A stretch of 63,920 nucleotides of DNA, counting the filler, from Reticulomyxa filosa (lineage: Eukaryota > Protista > Foraminifera): NCBI GenBank assembly GCA_000512085.1. It is 19 parts of 19 records of this genome, joined end to end, with 100 filler letters (N's around TTAATTAATTAA, not from the genome) between each part and the next. Parts side by side here need not be neighbours in the genome. Positions count along the whole stretch, not along the records: positions 1 to 1,634 come from ASPP01032914.1; positions 1,735 to 2,990 come from ASPP01003970.1; positions 3,091 to 4,577 come from ASPP01039264.1; positions 4,678 to 6,585 come from ASPP01025945.1; positions 6,686 to 11,308 come from ASPP01035697.1; 14 more parts are not named here. The stretch is one strand, 5' to 3'. The translations under genes were made by a program, and so were the position numbers. The notes under the pieces are model-generated. The model was not told the origin of the DNA. It worked only from the letters and a program-made list of their open reading frames with translations, and made no database searches. Shown piece after piece: positions 1 through 11,408 of the stretch; the stretch's first letter is position 1; each line of letters begins with the position of its first letter.

Positions 1-80
1 CATTACAATGTTTCATTCATAGGTTTCCTTCATATTTTTATAATGATTATTATTGGCGTTATGATACGACTCAATTTCTA

Positions 81-1634
81 ATGAAATTGAAAGAAGAACA
101 ATTAGGTGCTGTCTTTCAATGTTTCATTAATCGATTATCCGATGAAAATGAAGGTAAAGATAATTGTAGAAGATGCGCAGAATTACTTGGAAAATTCTCA
201 ATGAAGTGGAATGAAAAACAATTGAATGATGGTTTCAATTCTTTAAAAGACATGCTCAATAAAGATGATTATTATTGGTATATAGAAGCACTTGAGACAA
301 TTACAGTGAAATTGTCTGAGAAACAATTCGATAATGCTTTTAATTATTTCATTAGTAGATTCAATTGTGAAAAGGGAGGTATATATGATGATAAATACGC
401 TAATCTACTTGAAGGAATTGCACAGAGATTGGATGAAAAATACATGAACATTGGATTGAATTATTGTATGGATAAGTTAAATGATAAAAATGAACATCAA
501 AATATTCGTATTAAATGTATTCAATTACTAACAGAAGTTTCAAATAAATGTAATGAACAACAATTGAATGAAGCTTTTAACTCTTCAATGGATATATTCA
601 ATGATAAAAATGATAATGCACATGTGCGTATGGAATGTGCAGAACTACTTGAGACAATTGCAGTGAATCTAAATGGAAAACATTTCGATAATGCTTTTCA
701 ATGTTTCACAAATGGATTAAAAGATAGTGCTTTGGATATGCAATACTTATGTGCAAAATCACTTATAACACTTTCAAATGAATGGGATGATAGACAATTG
801 GATAGAGTTTTGAGTACTTTCATTCACGGATTAAAAGACACAAATAAATGGGGTTGTACATCATGTGCAGAATCACTTGGTATAATTGCAACAAAAGTGA
901 GTGAGAAACAACTGGAAGAAGTTGTCAACGCTTTGATGAGTGGATTGAAAGATGAAGATAAATATGTTCGTAAATCATGTGCAAAATCACTTGGAGTAAT
1001 TTCAGAGAAATTGAATGAGAAACAACTGGAAAATGCAATTCATTTTTTGATCGATGGATTAAAAGACAAAGATGAAGGTGTTTGTTATTTATGTGTAGAA
1101 TCACTTGGAGTAATTTCAGGGAAATTGAATGAGAAACAACTAGAAAATACAATTAATACTTTGATCAATGGATTAAAAGATAAAGATAAAGATGTTCGTG
1201 GATCATTTGCAAGATCACTTGGAGTAATTTCAATGAATTTGACTGATAAACAACTGGAAGAAGTGTTAAATGCTTTGCCAGATGAACAGGAATGGAATTA
1301 CTTTTATTCATATAAAGAAGCATTTGAAGAAATTTCAACGAAATGGAATGAAAAACAATCGGAGAGGGTTTTCAACGCTTTGATATTTGTTTTCAGACAT
1401 TCGATGGATACAAATAAAGATGAATTATTGGTGGAATTACTTGAATTAATATCAACGAAATTGAATGACAGACAATTGTATTTATTGGTGATATATTTGT
1501 TGGAAAAAGCGAAAAAGAAATGTAAACAGTATGTCCAAGATGCATTATCAAACATATCCGAAGATATGTGGAAACGAGCAACAATTTGTAGATTGAAAGA
1601 AAATGTCCAAATGAAAAATGAAAGTACATTGATG
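81..1634 (+). CDS. HEAT-repeat region of a NACHT/HEAT (NLR-like STAND) family protein, partial
   Basis: Open frame of more than 500 aa with 38-aa repeats (LxxGLKDxDxxVRxSCAxSLGxIxxKLNEKQL). Highly similar to 47500-48500, where the same repeats follow NACHT-associated sequence. Runs into the spacer. Confidence 0.85.
871..1270 (+). repeat. Internal 114-bp (38-codon) tandem HEAT repeat
   Basis: The anchor (a/g)atcacttgg recurs at 871, 985, 1099 and 1213, an exact 114-bp period. Confidence 0.95.
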
Positions 1635-1734
1635 NNNNNNNNNNNNNNNNNNNNNNNNNNNNNNNNNNNNNNNNNNNNTTAATTAATTAANNNNNNNNNN
1701 NNNNNNNNNNNNNNNNNNNNNNNNNNNNNNNNNN
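1635..1734. other. Artificial contig spacer N44-TTAATTAATTAA-N44 (first of 18)
   Basis: The same 100-nt spacer, with stops in all six frames, starts at 1635, 2991, 4578, 6586, 11309, 12843, 14865, 17731, 22101, 23432, 24532, 35145, 40794, 46499, 55639, 57077, 58465 and 62765. Confidence 0.99.
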
Positions 1735-3763
1735 CTTGAAATATTTTAACAGATATTCCAAGGTATATCAACGAAGTTTTGGAATGCGGATGGACACGTT
1801 TTTGCTATGACATTGTCATTTGTGTTGCAGTGAGTTCCCAGCGTAATGACAACAGTAACAGCAACGGCAGCAATAGCAATACCGATGGTTACAGTAAATG
1901 AAAGTAAATCTGGCAACCTCATGATCGAGTTGTTGCTGCTGAAAACTCAATTTGTCGTCTAGTCGTGGAAGTCGTATTACAACGTACGCACCTGTCATTT
2001 CTTCAATAAATTTATTTGTTCATCGTTGGACAATATATTAATGATGGAATGCATCAAATATGGATCACGGTATTGCGTTTTGAATAACGTATAGTTTGGA
2101 AAAAAAAATCGGAGGTCCATATCATGTAATGTGGCTCATGATGGACAAATTGAAATTGAACAATTGAAAGTGGTGAGCTGATGGTTATGGTGATTACATA
2201 CGCAACCTATATTCTAAGTTATAATTTTTTTATATAATTTAATTGAAATATGTATGATCAATACTCACGTATAAAACATAGGTCTTCAAAGAATACAATA
2301 CCTTTTTTATCGAGAAAGTGGTTGTGGTGGTTGCGGTACCAGTAAGAACAGTGAAGCGAAGTGCAAACAACGACAAATTGGTGTCATTTTTGATCACAAA
2401 TATTTGACACTTGCCGCAAATTTTTTGTCTTTGTGTGCGAATTGTAGTTGTTTTGATTTTTCTTTTAATGAAAATTTTAATGTTCTTCATATTTTAAATC
2501 TAAAAGAGAGGATATAAGACTGTGTGAAATCACTATTTCTGGCAAAAAAAGATCTCGGTAGGAGTAGATGACAAGAAAGAATATGTATAACAAAATAACA
2601 GAAAGGAACAAGAAGATGATAAAGATAATGGCAAGAAAGAAAAAGAAAAGAACTTGGATTGCAAGCACAATTAATACAAGAAAAAATGTGTTCAACTTTT
2701 TTTTCCTTTTCACCATAAATAAAAAAAAAGGAAATTAATAATATGGTCGAACCATCTTTAAAACAATATTTCCCTTTTTCTTTGGAAAAAACGAGATCAT
2801 TCCAAAATTTTTCGAAATATCTGTTATCCCTTTCATTTTTGCCATTGAGAATTTGCTGTTCTTATTGTCCATTGTATGAACCATCATCGATTTGATAGTA
2901 TCCAAATAAGTTGGTGCGATGTTGTGATGTGTAATTTCGAAAAACTAAAGTGACGACAATACACCATTTTCGCAACATACTTTTTTTCAANNNNNNNNNN
3001 NNNNNNNNNNNNNNNNNNNNNNNNNNNNNNNNNNTTAATTAATTAANNNNNNNNNNNNNNNNNNNNNNNNNNNNNNNNNNNNNNNNNNNNGGCAAGTCAC
3101 TACTATAGATTACTGAACTCTGAAAGAGTTTAGGAGCCCCCAGCGGGTTAAACTTCTACAATAACTTTTCTTCAATTTTGTTTGTTTCTTTCTTTTATTG
3201 TATTATTCATCTTTCTTTTACTTTTGTTTTATCGAAAATAGATCTCTTTTGATTAAAACTTTTCGTATTACATTTAGTGCAGTCTCTTGTCAGCAGCAGA
3301 TGTCCCACAATATTTAAAAAAACTATGTGCTGATGTGATTGTTATATTGAAAAAAATAGTAATATATGATATGACTTAGTGAGTATATTATAAACATATT
3401 ATTGTACTACTAGCATTTATGTATATTTGTTAATATTGCAAATACAATAAGTTAAACAGATTCTCTTAAAGAATCAAAAGTTATCTCAATACAACAAAAT
3501 AGTATGACATACTTGCTTGAAGTTGTTAAATAAGTAAAACTTTCAATCCTTTTTAGTTAAGGGAAAAAAAGCACAGATGATAATCCCTTGATAACAGAGG
3601 CAATTAAGAACAGCAAAGTAGAATTAGCTGCCTTTTCTGCAGCAATACAGAATTGCTCTGCTGAGAAACGCTCAAGCCATTCAAAGGACAAAAACATTGA
3701 AGAAAAAGATCGTGTATAAGGTGTAGCATACGCATCGGTATAAAAAAAGTGAAATAATGGAGA

Positions 3764-4577
3764 TTGAAAATACAAGGTGAACGCAAAGAGAGCAGCTCCG
3801 AGGCAAACGAGAAATCAAATCCACGCTATTGCGACTTGAAAAACGGCCTCGTGTTTGTGAAAAAGCTGGTATCCGGCAGCTACATTAATCTGTTGCTCGT
3901 TGTTGTCCCGTTTGGTTTTATCAGCCATTATATGGATTGGCTCCCAACTTTGGTATTCTTCCTTAATTTTTTGCAATGATACCGCTGGCAAGTATTTTGG
4001 GTGACTCAACGTAAAAAGACCACTTCAACGACAACAACAGAGGGGTTCTTTTTTTTAAAAAAAAGAAACAACACAATATTAAAAAACTGAAAACTATGTC
4101 TGTGTATATGTATGTTTAATAGAATGTTTGGCAGAACATGTGAGTTGTTTTTTTTTTTTTAGCAAATGAAGAAAAATGAGGGGGAATGAAGGGGACGTTA
4201 GCAAGAAATATTAAAAATTTTACAAACAAAAAAAAAGCTTGGAGAAACTATTGGCTTTTTGTTAAATGCAACTTTCGGAAACGCTGTTGAAGATTAATAA
4301 AAACAATATGACATTATGTATCATAACAATACGTATATATTTTTTAAATTTTTTTTTACAAAAAAAAAAGAAACTCATAAAAATAAAAAAGTAAAAAAAA
4401 GATTGTGATAATAATATTGGCCCTGGTGAAAGCAAAGATTTTCAAAATAATAACGAAACGGACAATCGCGACAATCCATGTGGTTCAACTCTCGCTAATT
4501 GGCAGTATATTCAGCAACTCGTTGCTAGTTTTGGGATGCGCATTTTTAGCAGCCGGATACAAACAAGACGCCACGTT
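3764..4577 (+). CDS. CAX: Ca2+/H+ antiporter (CAX, CaCA family), multi-exon, partial and frame-disrupted
   Basis: Exons give NLLLVVVPFG...MIPLASILGDST, CLAEH|LGETIGFLLNATFGNAVE (alpha-1 repeat) and VVQLSLIGSIFSNSLLVLGCAF. Intron 4140-4237 is GT-AG. Frameshift near 3970 and upstream stops mean it may be a pseudogene. Confidence 0.88.
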
Positions 4578-4677
4578 NNNNNNNNNNNNNNNNNNNNNNN
4601 NNNNNNNNNNNNNNNNNNNNNTTAATTAATTAANNNNNNNNNNNNNNNNNNNNNNNNNNNNNNNNNNNNNNNNNNNN

Positions 4678-5226
4678 TCTTTTCAACTTTTCTCTTGTCT
4701 TTGTAGACCACAATTGAATTGCCATATCTGATGCACCTGAAGCAATTGTCTGTTCGTCGGGTGATATATCCACAATGCTGATCGAATAGTGATACTTGTC
4801 GAAAATTTGAATTACTTCTCCTTCTGCAATATCCCATATTCGAATAATATTATCCGCTGATGAAGAAATAAGCTTCTCACCATTCGGGAAAAATTTTATG
4901 CTGACCACCGCGCTACGTCCTTCTAACACTTTCAACAATTGAAAAGGTTTGGCCTGTGTTGATCACATTGGAACCAACATCCTAATGCAATACAAAATAC
5001 ACAATAAGAAAAAAATAAATCACATAACATATGTGGCAATCATTTTATCCAAATTATCAATCCAACCTAATTTAATATCTAAAAATTCGAAACCAATTTT
5101 GAATTATTAGTTTCGCAATCTTTTCCGACTGTTTTTTTTCCAACCTTTGAGAAAACAAAGTTGCAATTGCTATTTAGAACTTACCCATTGTGCTGTAGAC
5201 TGTTTGTCAGCGTTAGTAATATTCAT
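4678..5226 (-). CDS. WD40-repeat protein, 5' part, about 3 exons
   Basis: FFPNGEKLISSSADNIIRIWD and ISPDEQTIASGASDMAIQLW. Upstream exon IIQNWFR..IKLGWIDNLDKMIATY has one homopolymer frameshift. Candidate ATG at 5226. Confidence 0.85.
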
Positions 5227-5805
5227 TTTCTAACTTTTTTTTGTTTTTATCAGAAGGATGATTAATTAATATTGAATAATTTTAAATGATTTTTTTGAAC
5301 TTGTGAACGACAGAAAAGCAGTTTAATTGTATCTCAAGTAGATTCAATTACCGATCTCTTCTTTATGAATAATTTTTATTTTCTGTGACGAAATGATATG
5401 GTCTTGTCAACAAAGTAAGAAACAGACATGCTTTTTTTAGAGAAGCCCGATGGAAATAACAGCACGTAGATGTTCATTATTGTTCGTATTTTATTTGTGT
5501 TTTCACAGAACATCAGACGCTTACAAAATTCGTAAAGGAAAAATCACTTAAAATTTGTGGTGTTCCTTTTTACGAAAAGTCAACCAACTTCAAAAAGAAT
5601 TATATTAAAAAACTCGTGCATGTTTTTTTTAATTTTTTTTTTCTAGTTTGTGCTTCACTTACTGTTTTTTTTTATACAAATTTCATTGTATAGCTTTTTT
5701 TTTTTGTTTCACGAAAGGTAGTAATTTTCACCTTTTAACACTTGTTGAATTTTTGCAAAATTTTTTTGGCACGTTGTTTCTAAAAAAAAAGTTTTGTCGA
5801 AAAGC

Positions 5806-6500
5806 ATGCTACTGAATGCTCAAAGGGCAGGTTTTCATTCAGAAACAGGGCTGCTTATCACCCTTGTGATCAATTTATTATGCAGCTTTTATTGTCTTTG
5901 GTTGTTGTACGTAGTCTGGTGCAACATGTGGACTGTAAAAAGAGAAAGGACAGGCAGCGAGATGGCAAAAGAGATTCAACTGTCCACCCAAAGAAATGAT
6001 TCAACAACAGAATTGAGTGTAAGTGCACCTTCTGCCTCAGAAAAGAGTGTGAAAAGAAATGTAGCCATTGACACCAAGATCAAATGGATTGTGACTCTAT
6101 ATATAATCGGCTGTTTTTGGATATGCATTGGAAGCATATGCGAGCATTTAGTATACGCACTGGTGGACAGTATTGGAAAAATCTGTGTTCGTGGGTTATA
6201 CGTAATATATTTGCGAGTATTTATCGAGGGATTATTTTATCCTTTTATTTGGTACGTATGACGATGATTTTGCAAGGAAGTAGCTTTGAAATTTCAAAGT
6301 GTAAGCAGTATTTTTTCGCAATTGCTCCGATAGTCACTTTTGCTTGTGTGGTGTTTTCATATAACTTACGTTTACAAATCGCTCGTTGTAAAGAATCTGG
6401 AATAATCGCTTACTTGCTTTTTGCAATGCTCCTCTTTGTTCATATGTTTTGGAATGTCACTTTATTCATTTTTTTGGTTTATCATATTTACAAAGTTAAA
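5806..6500 (+). CDS. Orphan multi-pass (7TM-like) membrane protein, partial, one frameshift near 6245
   Basis: Overlapping ORFs 5794-6261 and 6084-6566 together give about 5 hydrophobic helices. Confidence 0.55.
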
Positions 6501-6845
6501 ACAATATACACATATATAAATATACATATTTTTTTTTATTTATGCGTACTTGCATGTTATAAATAAGTACTTTGTATCTCAAAAANNNNNNNNNNNNNNN
6601 NNNNNNNNNNNNNNNNNNNNNNNNNNNNNTTAATTAATTAANNNNNNNNNNNNNNNNNNNNNNNNNNNNNNNNNNNNNNNNNNNNTGTATTAGATGTGGC
6701 GTGCCTATCATTACATTCGATTTGCAATTTCTCAATACACTGTTATTTTTGTTTTTTTTTTATAAATTTTTTCTAAATAAAATCCATGATATACACGATA
6801 CATCAACACATTTACTTTATTGTGATATACGTAAACTTCCCCTTT

Positions 6846-7358
6846 TCATGAACATTTTTTTTTTTCATTTAGTCTTTCCATCAATGTTATGTACCTGAAT
6901 ATTGCTGCTTTGATTTTCAATTTGTATATCGTCTGTGTTATACTAGAAGTGGATCTGAAATTATGCATTGGCAATGTTTTTGTGTGCAAATTATGACTGG
7001 ACTGCTTTGCATTATTAACAAAAGTGCTTTGGATAATACGTATAATGTTATTTTTTGATTGCATCGATTCTTTGCTAGAAATTTGAACTGAGGATGCTCT
7101 TGCAATGTTATTGTAAAATGTTAGATATTGTGCACATTTCCACATATAGTTGGCTGAGTGATTGAGTAACGTATAATGTGACATTATCATTATGTTTATA
7201 TTGATGTGCTTATTGAAGTGTGTTTGCTCGTTCGTTCCGATTGTATTGATCTTACTTGAAGTTAGAAGCACCACGAATGCATTTAATACAAGCAGTGCCA
7301 CTAACACCAACGGAGATTTCATGCTACCACTTAAATAACTAAGCTCTTCACTCAACAT
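6846..7358 (-). CDS. Hypothetical protein with N-terminal hydrophobic segment
   Basis: 170-aa ATG-initiated ORF with no recognised motif. Confidence 0.3.
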   Translation of the reverse strand: MLSEELSYLSGSMKSPLVLVALLVLNAFVVLLTSSKINTIGTNEQTHFNKHININIMIMSHYTLLNHSANYMWKCAQYLTFYNNIARASSVQISSKESMQSKNNIIRIIQSTFVNNAKQSSHNLHTKTLPMHNFRSTSSITQTIYKLKIKAAIFRYITLMERLNEKKKCS

Positions 7359-8025
7359 TTTCTTCTCAGTTTGTCCCCTCCACTTCTACTAAGCAAACTG
7401 AAACGGAAGGACGTTCAATGAGAAATAAAGCCATTTTAAGGCAAAAATAAGAAAAATTTTATGGTAAATGAATGTATTTGTGAAATTATGCAAAGTTGAT
7501 TGAAAATGCAATTTGTTTTGTTTTGTGTATCATCATATCTTAGTACAGAAAAAGTTTGTCTTTTTCTACAAAAAAAAAATATTTTCACTTAAAAAGACTA
7601 GATATAATAAATAAATAAATTTTTAAAAAACATAATCTTCAAACAAGAACAAGTGTGTTCAGGCTCACTTGCATTTCTCAATCTTTCATAAAATCAAATT
7701 TATATCTGTCTATATGTTTGTATTTCGTTTTTTTTGACTGGATTATCATCTTAAAAAAATTGATTTATTTCATCTTGACTTGTAGACAAAATGTGAAATC
7801 CTTCCAAAAAAATATAACTTTACAATTTCAATCTCTTGCAAATACGGTTGTCGTCGTCACATGTGTTCCAGAACAACTGCCATTTGATATTGTTCCTTAA
7901 TAAATCTATTCAGGCTGAGACTGTCCTTTGACATGTTCGTCTAGATTTTTCAAAAAGAGTAAAAAACTCTACGATCGACATGTCTTTCCAAATATCATTA
8001 TCCAAGCGACCAATTTTAATGATTG

Positions 8026-8430
8026 TCATGAATTTGATGAAATAATGGTCCATGCATTTGGAAATCGAAACTCCATTTCATCGACCTTTTTGACAACACA
8101 TTCCAAGTTGTAATGGCATTCATCAATGACCAATTCGGACAAATGAGTGAATTCCTCCTTGGAAAGGTACTTCAACTGGTCGTAGTCGATAATCACGAGA
8201 CGTCCATTGAACATGAGCAAGATGTTATCGGGGTTAGTGTCTCCATTGAACTTCTCGTTTTTGAAGGTTTGACACTTGTACACCAAAATTGTCTTTAGAA
8301 AACGCACTTCATTTTGCATCACTGGTGCATCATACGGTAGATATGGCACTGACGCTGACAGGCTGTCGGGCCACATTAGCGGGATACACAGCAGGGTAAG
8401 CATGAAATTGAGTAAAACAAATCTCTCAGC
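8026..8430 (-). pseudogene. ABC1/UbiB (ADCK) atypical kinase remnant
   Basis: FNGDTNPDNILLMFNGRLVIIDYDQLKYL resembles the ABC1 motif FNGDPHPGNILL..DGRLGLIDYGQVK, with degenerate catalytic residues. Confidence 0.6.
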
Positions 8431-8949
8431 TTCTTTAATGTATAAGATAAAAGAAAGATTATCATACAACAAACATGAAGGGGGAGAAAAAAAGTTCGTT
8501 AAACAAAAGTGGTATGGAAACATAACTTGTGATATTTGAAGTTAAAACAATTTTAAAAAATAAATAAATAAAAAGTCTGGTAATTTTGGGAAATAAAAAT
8601 TGGAAAATTAATTTAACAGAAGAGACATTAATTTGAGCTAGGATTTTAGACAAAAAAAAGAAAAACATTTGTATATTGAAGAAGTCCAAAATAGATTTGC
8701 AAGTAAATGACACAACTGAAAACAAAAAAAAATGCAAAGTAGAGAACAAATGAGGACGAAACCAATCAACCATTTTTTTTTTTCCTAAAGAAGTCAAAAT
8801 GAAAAAACTTTACATATTTGAAAATAAATTTTTCCTTTTTTTTTTGTTTTGTTTGATCTCTCGGTGTTCGCACATAAATCCTTCTCTCTCTCTCTCTCTC
8901 ACAAGTTGATATAAAGTTTGGAGTTGAGTTTAGTTTCGGACAAGGACAG

Positions 8950-9938
8950 TGTATCAAAAAGGAAGGTCGTCTCTGGTTCCCATATATCATAGTCACGGAC
9001 CTAAAATTGAACGATTCATTTCATAAAGTTTTCGATCGTACTTTTGTTTTCTCTTTACTTTTTCCCAGCGACAGTTTCACATAAGGATCACTTTTGCCTA
9101 TTCAATCATTTACACATATTATTATTATATATATGTACATATATGTATATGTATATATGTATATATTTGTTTGTTTAACCATTTCAATCCTTTGCATCCA
9201 AATCAACAGCTTTGATAACGTCAACTTGTAAAAAAAAATCCATTTCGATATTTCCACGGAGTAATCCTGTCGACGGATTGATACCTTTTGAGACGTTGTG
9301 TGTAAACGTCGCTATCGGCGTCATTGTTGTCGTTGTCATTTTCACTCTCTTCCAACTGCGATGTCAAGTTGCGCTCACTTTGTTTCCCATGTATCGCACT
9401 TGTATCCTTCCCCCACGTCCGTCTTCTCGTCTTTAGGCTCTTTTTCAAACTCATCTGGAAGAAGAGGGGAGCAAGGCATTAATTCACAATTTTATCTCTC
9501 CCTTTTTTTTTTTTATAAAAAAATGTGATACCTCCAGTTTTATCCAAGTTCGAGTCCTTAATGGTCATTTCTTTCTTGGAGGATTTTTTTTAGCAGTTTT
9601 TTTTTAAATTTCAATAATTGATACGTATGTACTGATATGATTATATACTTCATAAAAGGAACTTGCGAAAGTTGCCATTTGTTTATACAAACACAAAACA
9701 TACGCATGCATAAAAATGCCTTTTTTTTTAAAAAAAGGGGAAGGGAGGACCGCAATAGGTATATGCATATACACGTTCGTTTGTGTACACAAAAAATTAC
9801 CACGTCTTTTTCAGCTTGGTTGTTCTCTGGAATATGGTAACAATAGTAATACACTCCTGCACTAACTCCGATTATCCTTGCCACAATGGCAGCATAAGAA
9901 ACATACTTTTTCCATTTTTCATCACTATGATTGGCCAT
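8950..9938 (-). pseudogene. N-terminally anchored C2-domain protein, disrupted
   Basis: Read across an intron: LQVDVIKAVDLDAKD*NG|KSDPYVKLSLGKSKEKTKVRSKTL*NESFNF..VRDYD, which are C2 motifs with in-frame stops and a deletion. Upstream exon from 9938 has a TM segment (AAIVARIIGVSAGVYYY). Confidence 0.7.
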
Positions 9939-10561
9939 TTTTTAGATTATTTGTGGTTTGCTCTTAACGCACCATTCACAGCGCCCTTTCCTGCTTTTCT
10001 CTCTGCAATTGTATCCTTTGTTTCGAATCATTTGAAATGCTCTACTTTACATTTACTTCATTTCTTTTGTTTTTATTTTCAAAAACTGAACTAAACACAA
10101 AACTAAAAAACCTATATCTGAAATTTTCAAAAATTACATAATTTTTTTTATTTGAATAACAACACAAGAAAAATTGTTAAGATATATAGACAAAGGCCAA
10201 TATTTCTATAATATCACCAAAATCTTATTGGATTAATTCCTTCTTTTTTCCTCAAGGGCACGGCAAATCGGACTATTTTACCTTTATGAAAAACTTGGAA
10301 ACGTTTGTGTCCATGTTGTGTATAAATCCTGAATGAGTATCATCCAAATCAACAGCCTATCATTTGAAAGATCTATAAGATCGACTTCAGTACAAGTCAA
10401 ATAGGCTGACTTTCAGATTGAAAAAAGATCTTTTGCAAATAATCCGGAAATATTGAAATCTATATAAAAATCCTGTGAACAACTTTTTTTTGTTCCAAAA
10501 AAAGACTCAAAAGACTTCAAAAAATAAAACCCCCAAAAAATCAAGAAAAAAAAGTGCAGTC

Positions 10562-11308
10562 ATGGGTGAGCAAATAGGTCTGGAACAGGATCTTGCTGAA
10601 GCGGCAAGAATAAAAGAAGAAGAAAAAGATGGCAAAAGAAAGACGCTGGACAGTCTTGAAGAAATAGATGCAAAAGAGAAGCTGAAAAGACGTTACCTAG
10701 CAAAAGATAAGTTGGTTCCATTGTTTGATGATCCTGGACAATCGATTGATAATTGTTACATTCGATTGGCTCTGTTGACTCAACAGCGATTTTAGAAGCA
10801 AAAAAATGAAAATGGCAAGCATTGAAAGAACTGGAAAAAGTGAAGAAGATGCCAAACACAAAGAGAGAAATATATTGGATTATTCGTTGATCTATGGAAA
10901 TAAAATGGAAACATTGAAAGTGTCAGATATTTGGAAAGACAAAAAAAATGGATTAGTGGTGCATCATATTAGCATTTGTGACGAGCAAAATTGTGTGAGA
11001 TATTGTTGAAAAGTTATGTGAAATGGAATTGGATGAAATCGAATGGAATAGAAGACATGCCAAATGAAGAAATGAAGTTTACTATTTTTGAAATGAGAAT
11101 GGATTATTTGTCACAAGTTGCTTGGGAATGATTAAAATTTGGACAGGCGATCATTTCTTGTGAAATATATTTCCTCATTTGACATTTCAAGAATGGCTTG
11201 CTGCTTATTATTTGGTGAATTGTTTGTATGAATCAAATAAATCAAAAAAACATGAACAAGTATATTCAATTTTGATGAATGAACAATTCACTCCAAGATA
11301 TTCAGTGA
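10562..11308 (+). pseudogene. NACHT-domain (NLR-like) pseudogene
   Basis: Pre-NACHT segment LVPLFDDPGQSIDNCYIRLALL, then HHISICDE with the Walker A and core missing, then the winged-helix motif FPHLTFQEWLAAYYLV. Contains stops and frameshifts. Confidence 0.75.
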
Positions 11309-11408
11309 NNNNNNNNNNNNNNNNNNNNNNNNNNNNNNNNNNNNNNNNNNNNTTAATTAATTAANNNNNNNNNNNNNNNNNNNNNNNNNNNNNNNNNNNN
11401 NNNNNNNN

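Noticed and set aside
1679-1690. Recurrent palindromic TTAATTAATTAA (PacI-like or piggyBac TTAA-like) motif
   Set aside because: It is always centred in exactly 44+44 Ns, so it is an artificial six-frame stop linker.
1735-2990. Short contig with small ORFs
   Set aside because: No recognisable motif or convincing coding frame.
9015-9200. Two in-frame TGA codons in the C2 domain, one at a conserved Trp position, suggesting UGA=Trp recoding
   Set aside because: The same segment has a deletion, other genes use TGG for Trp, and the kinase at 18838 ends in TGA. Pseudogene decay is simpler.
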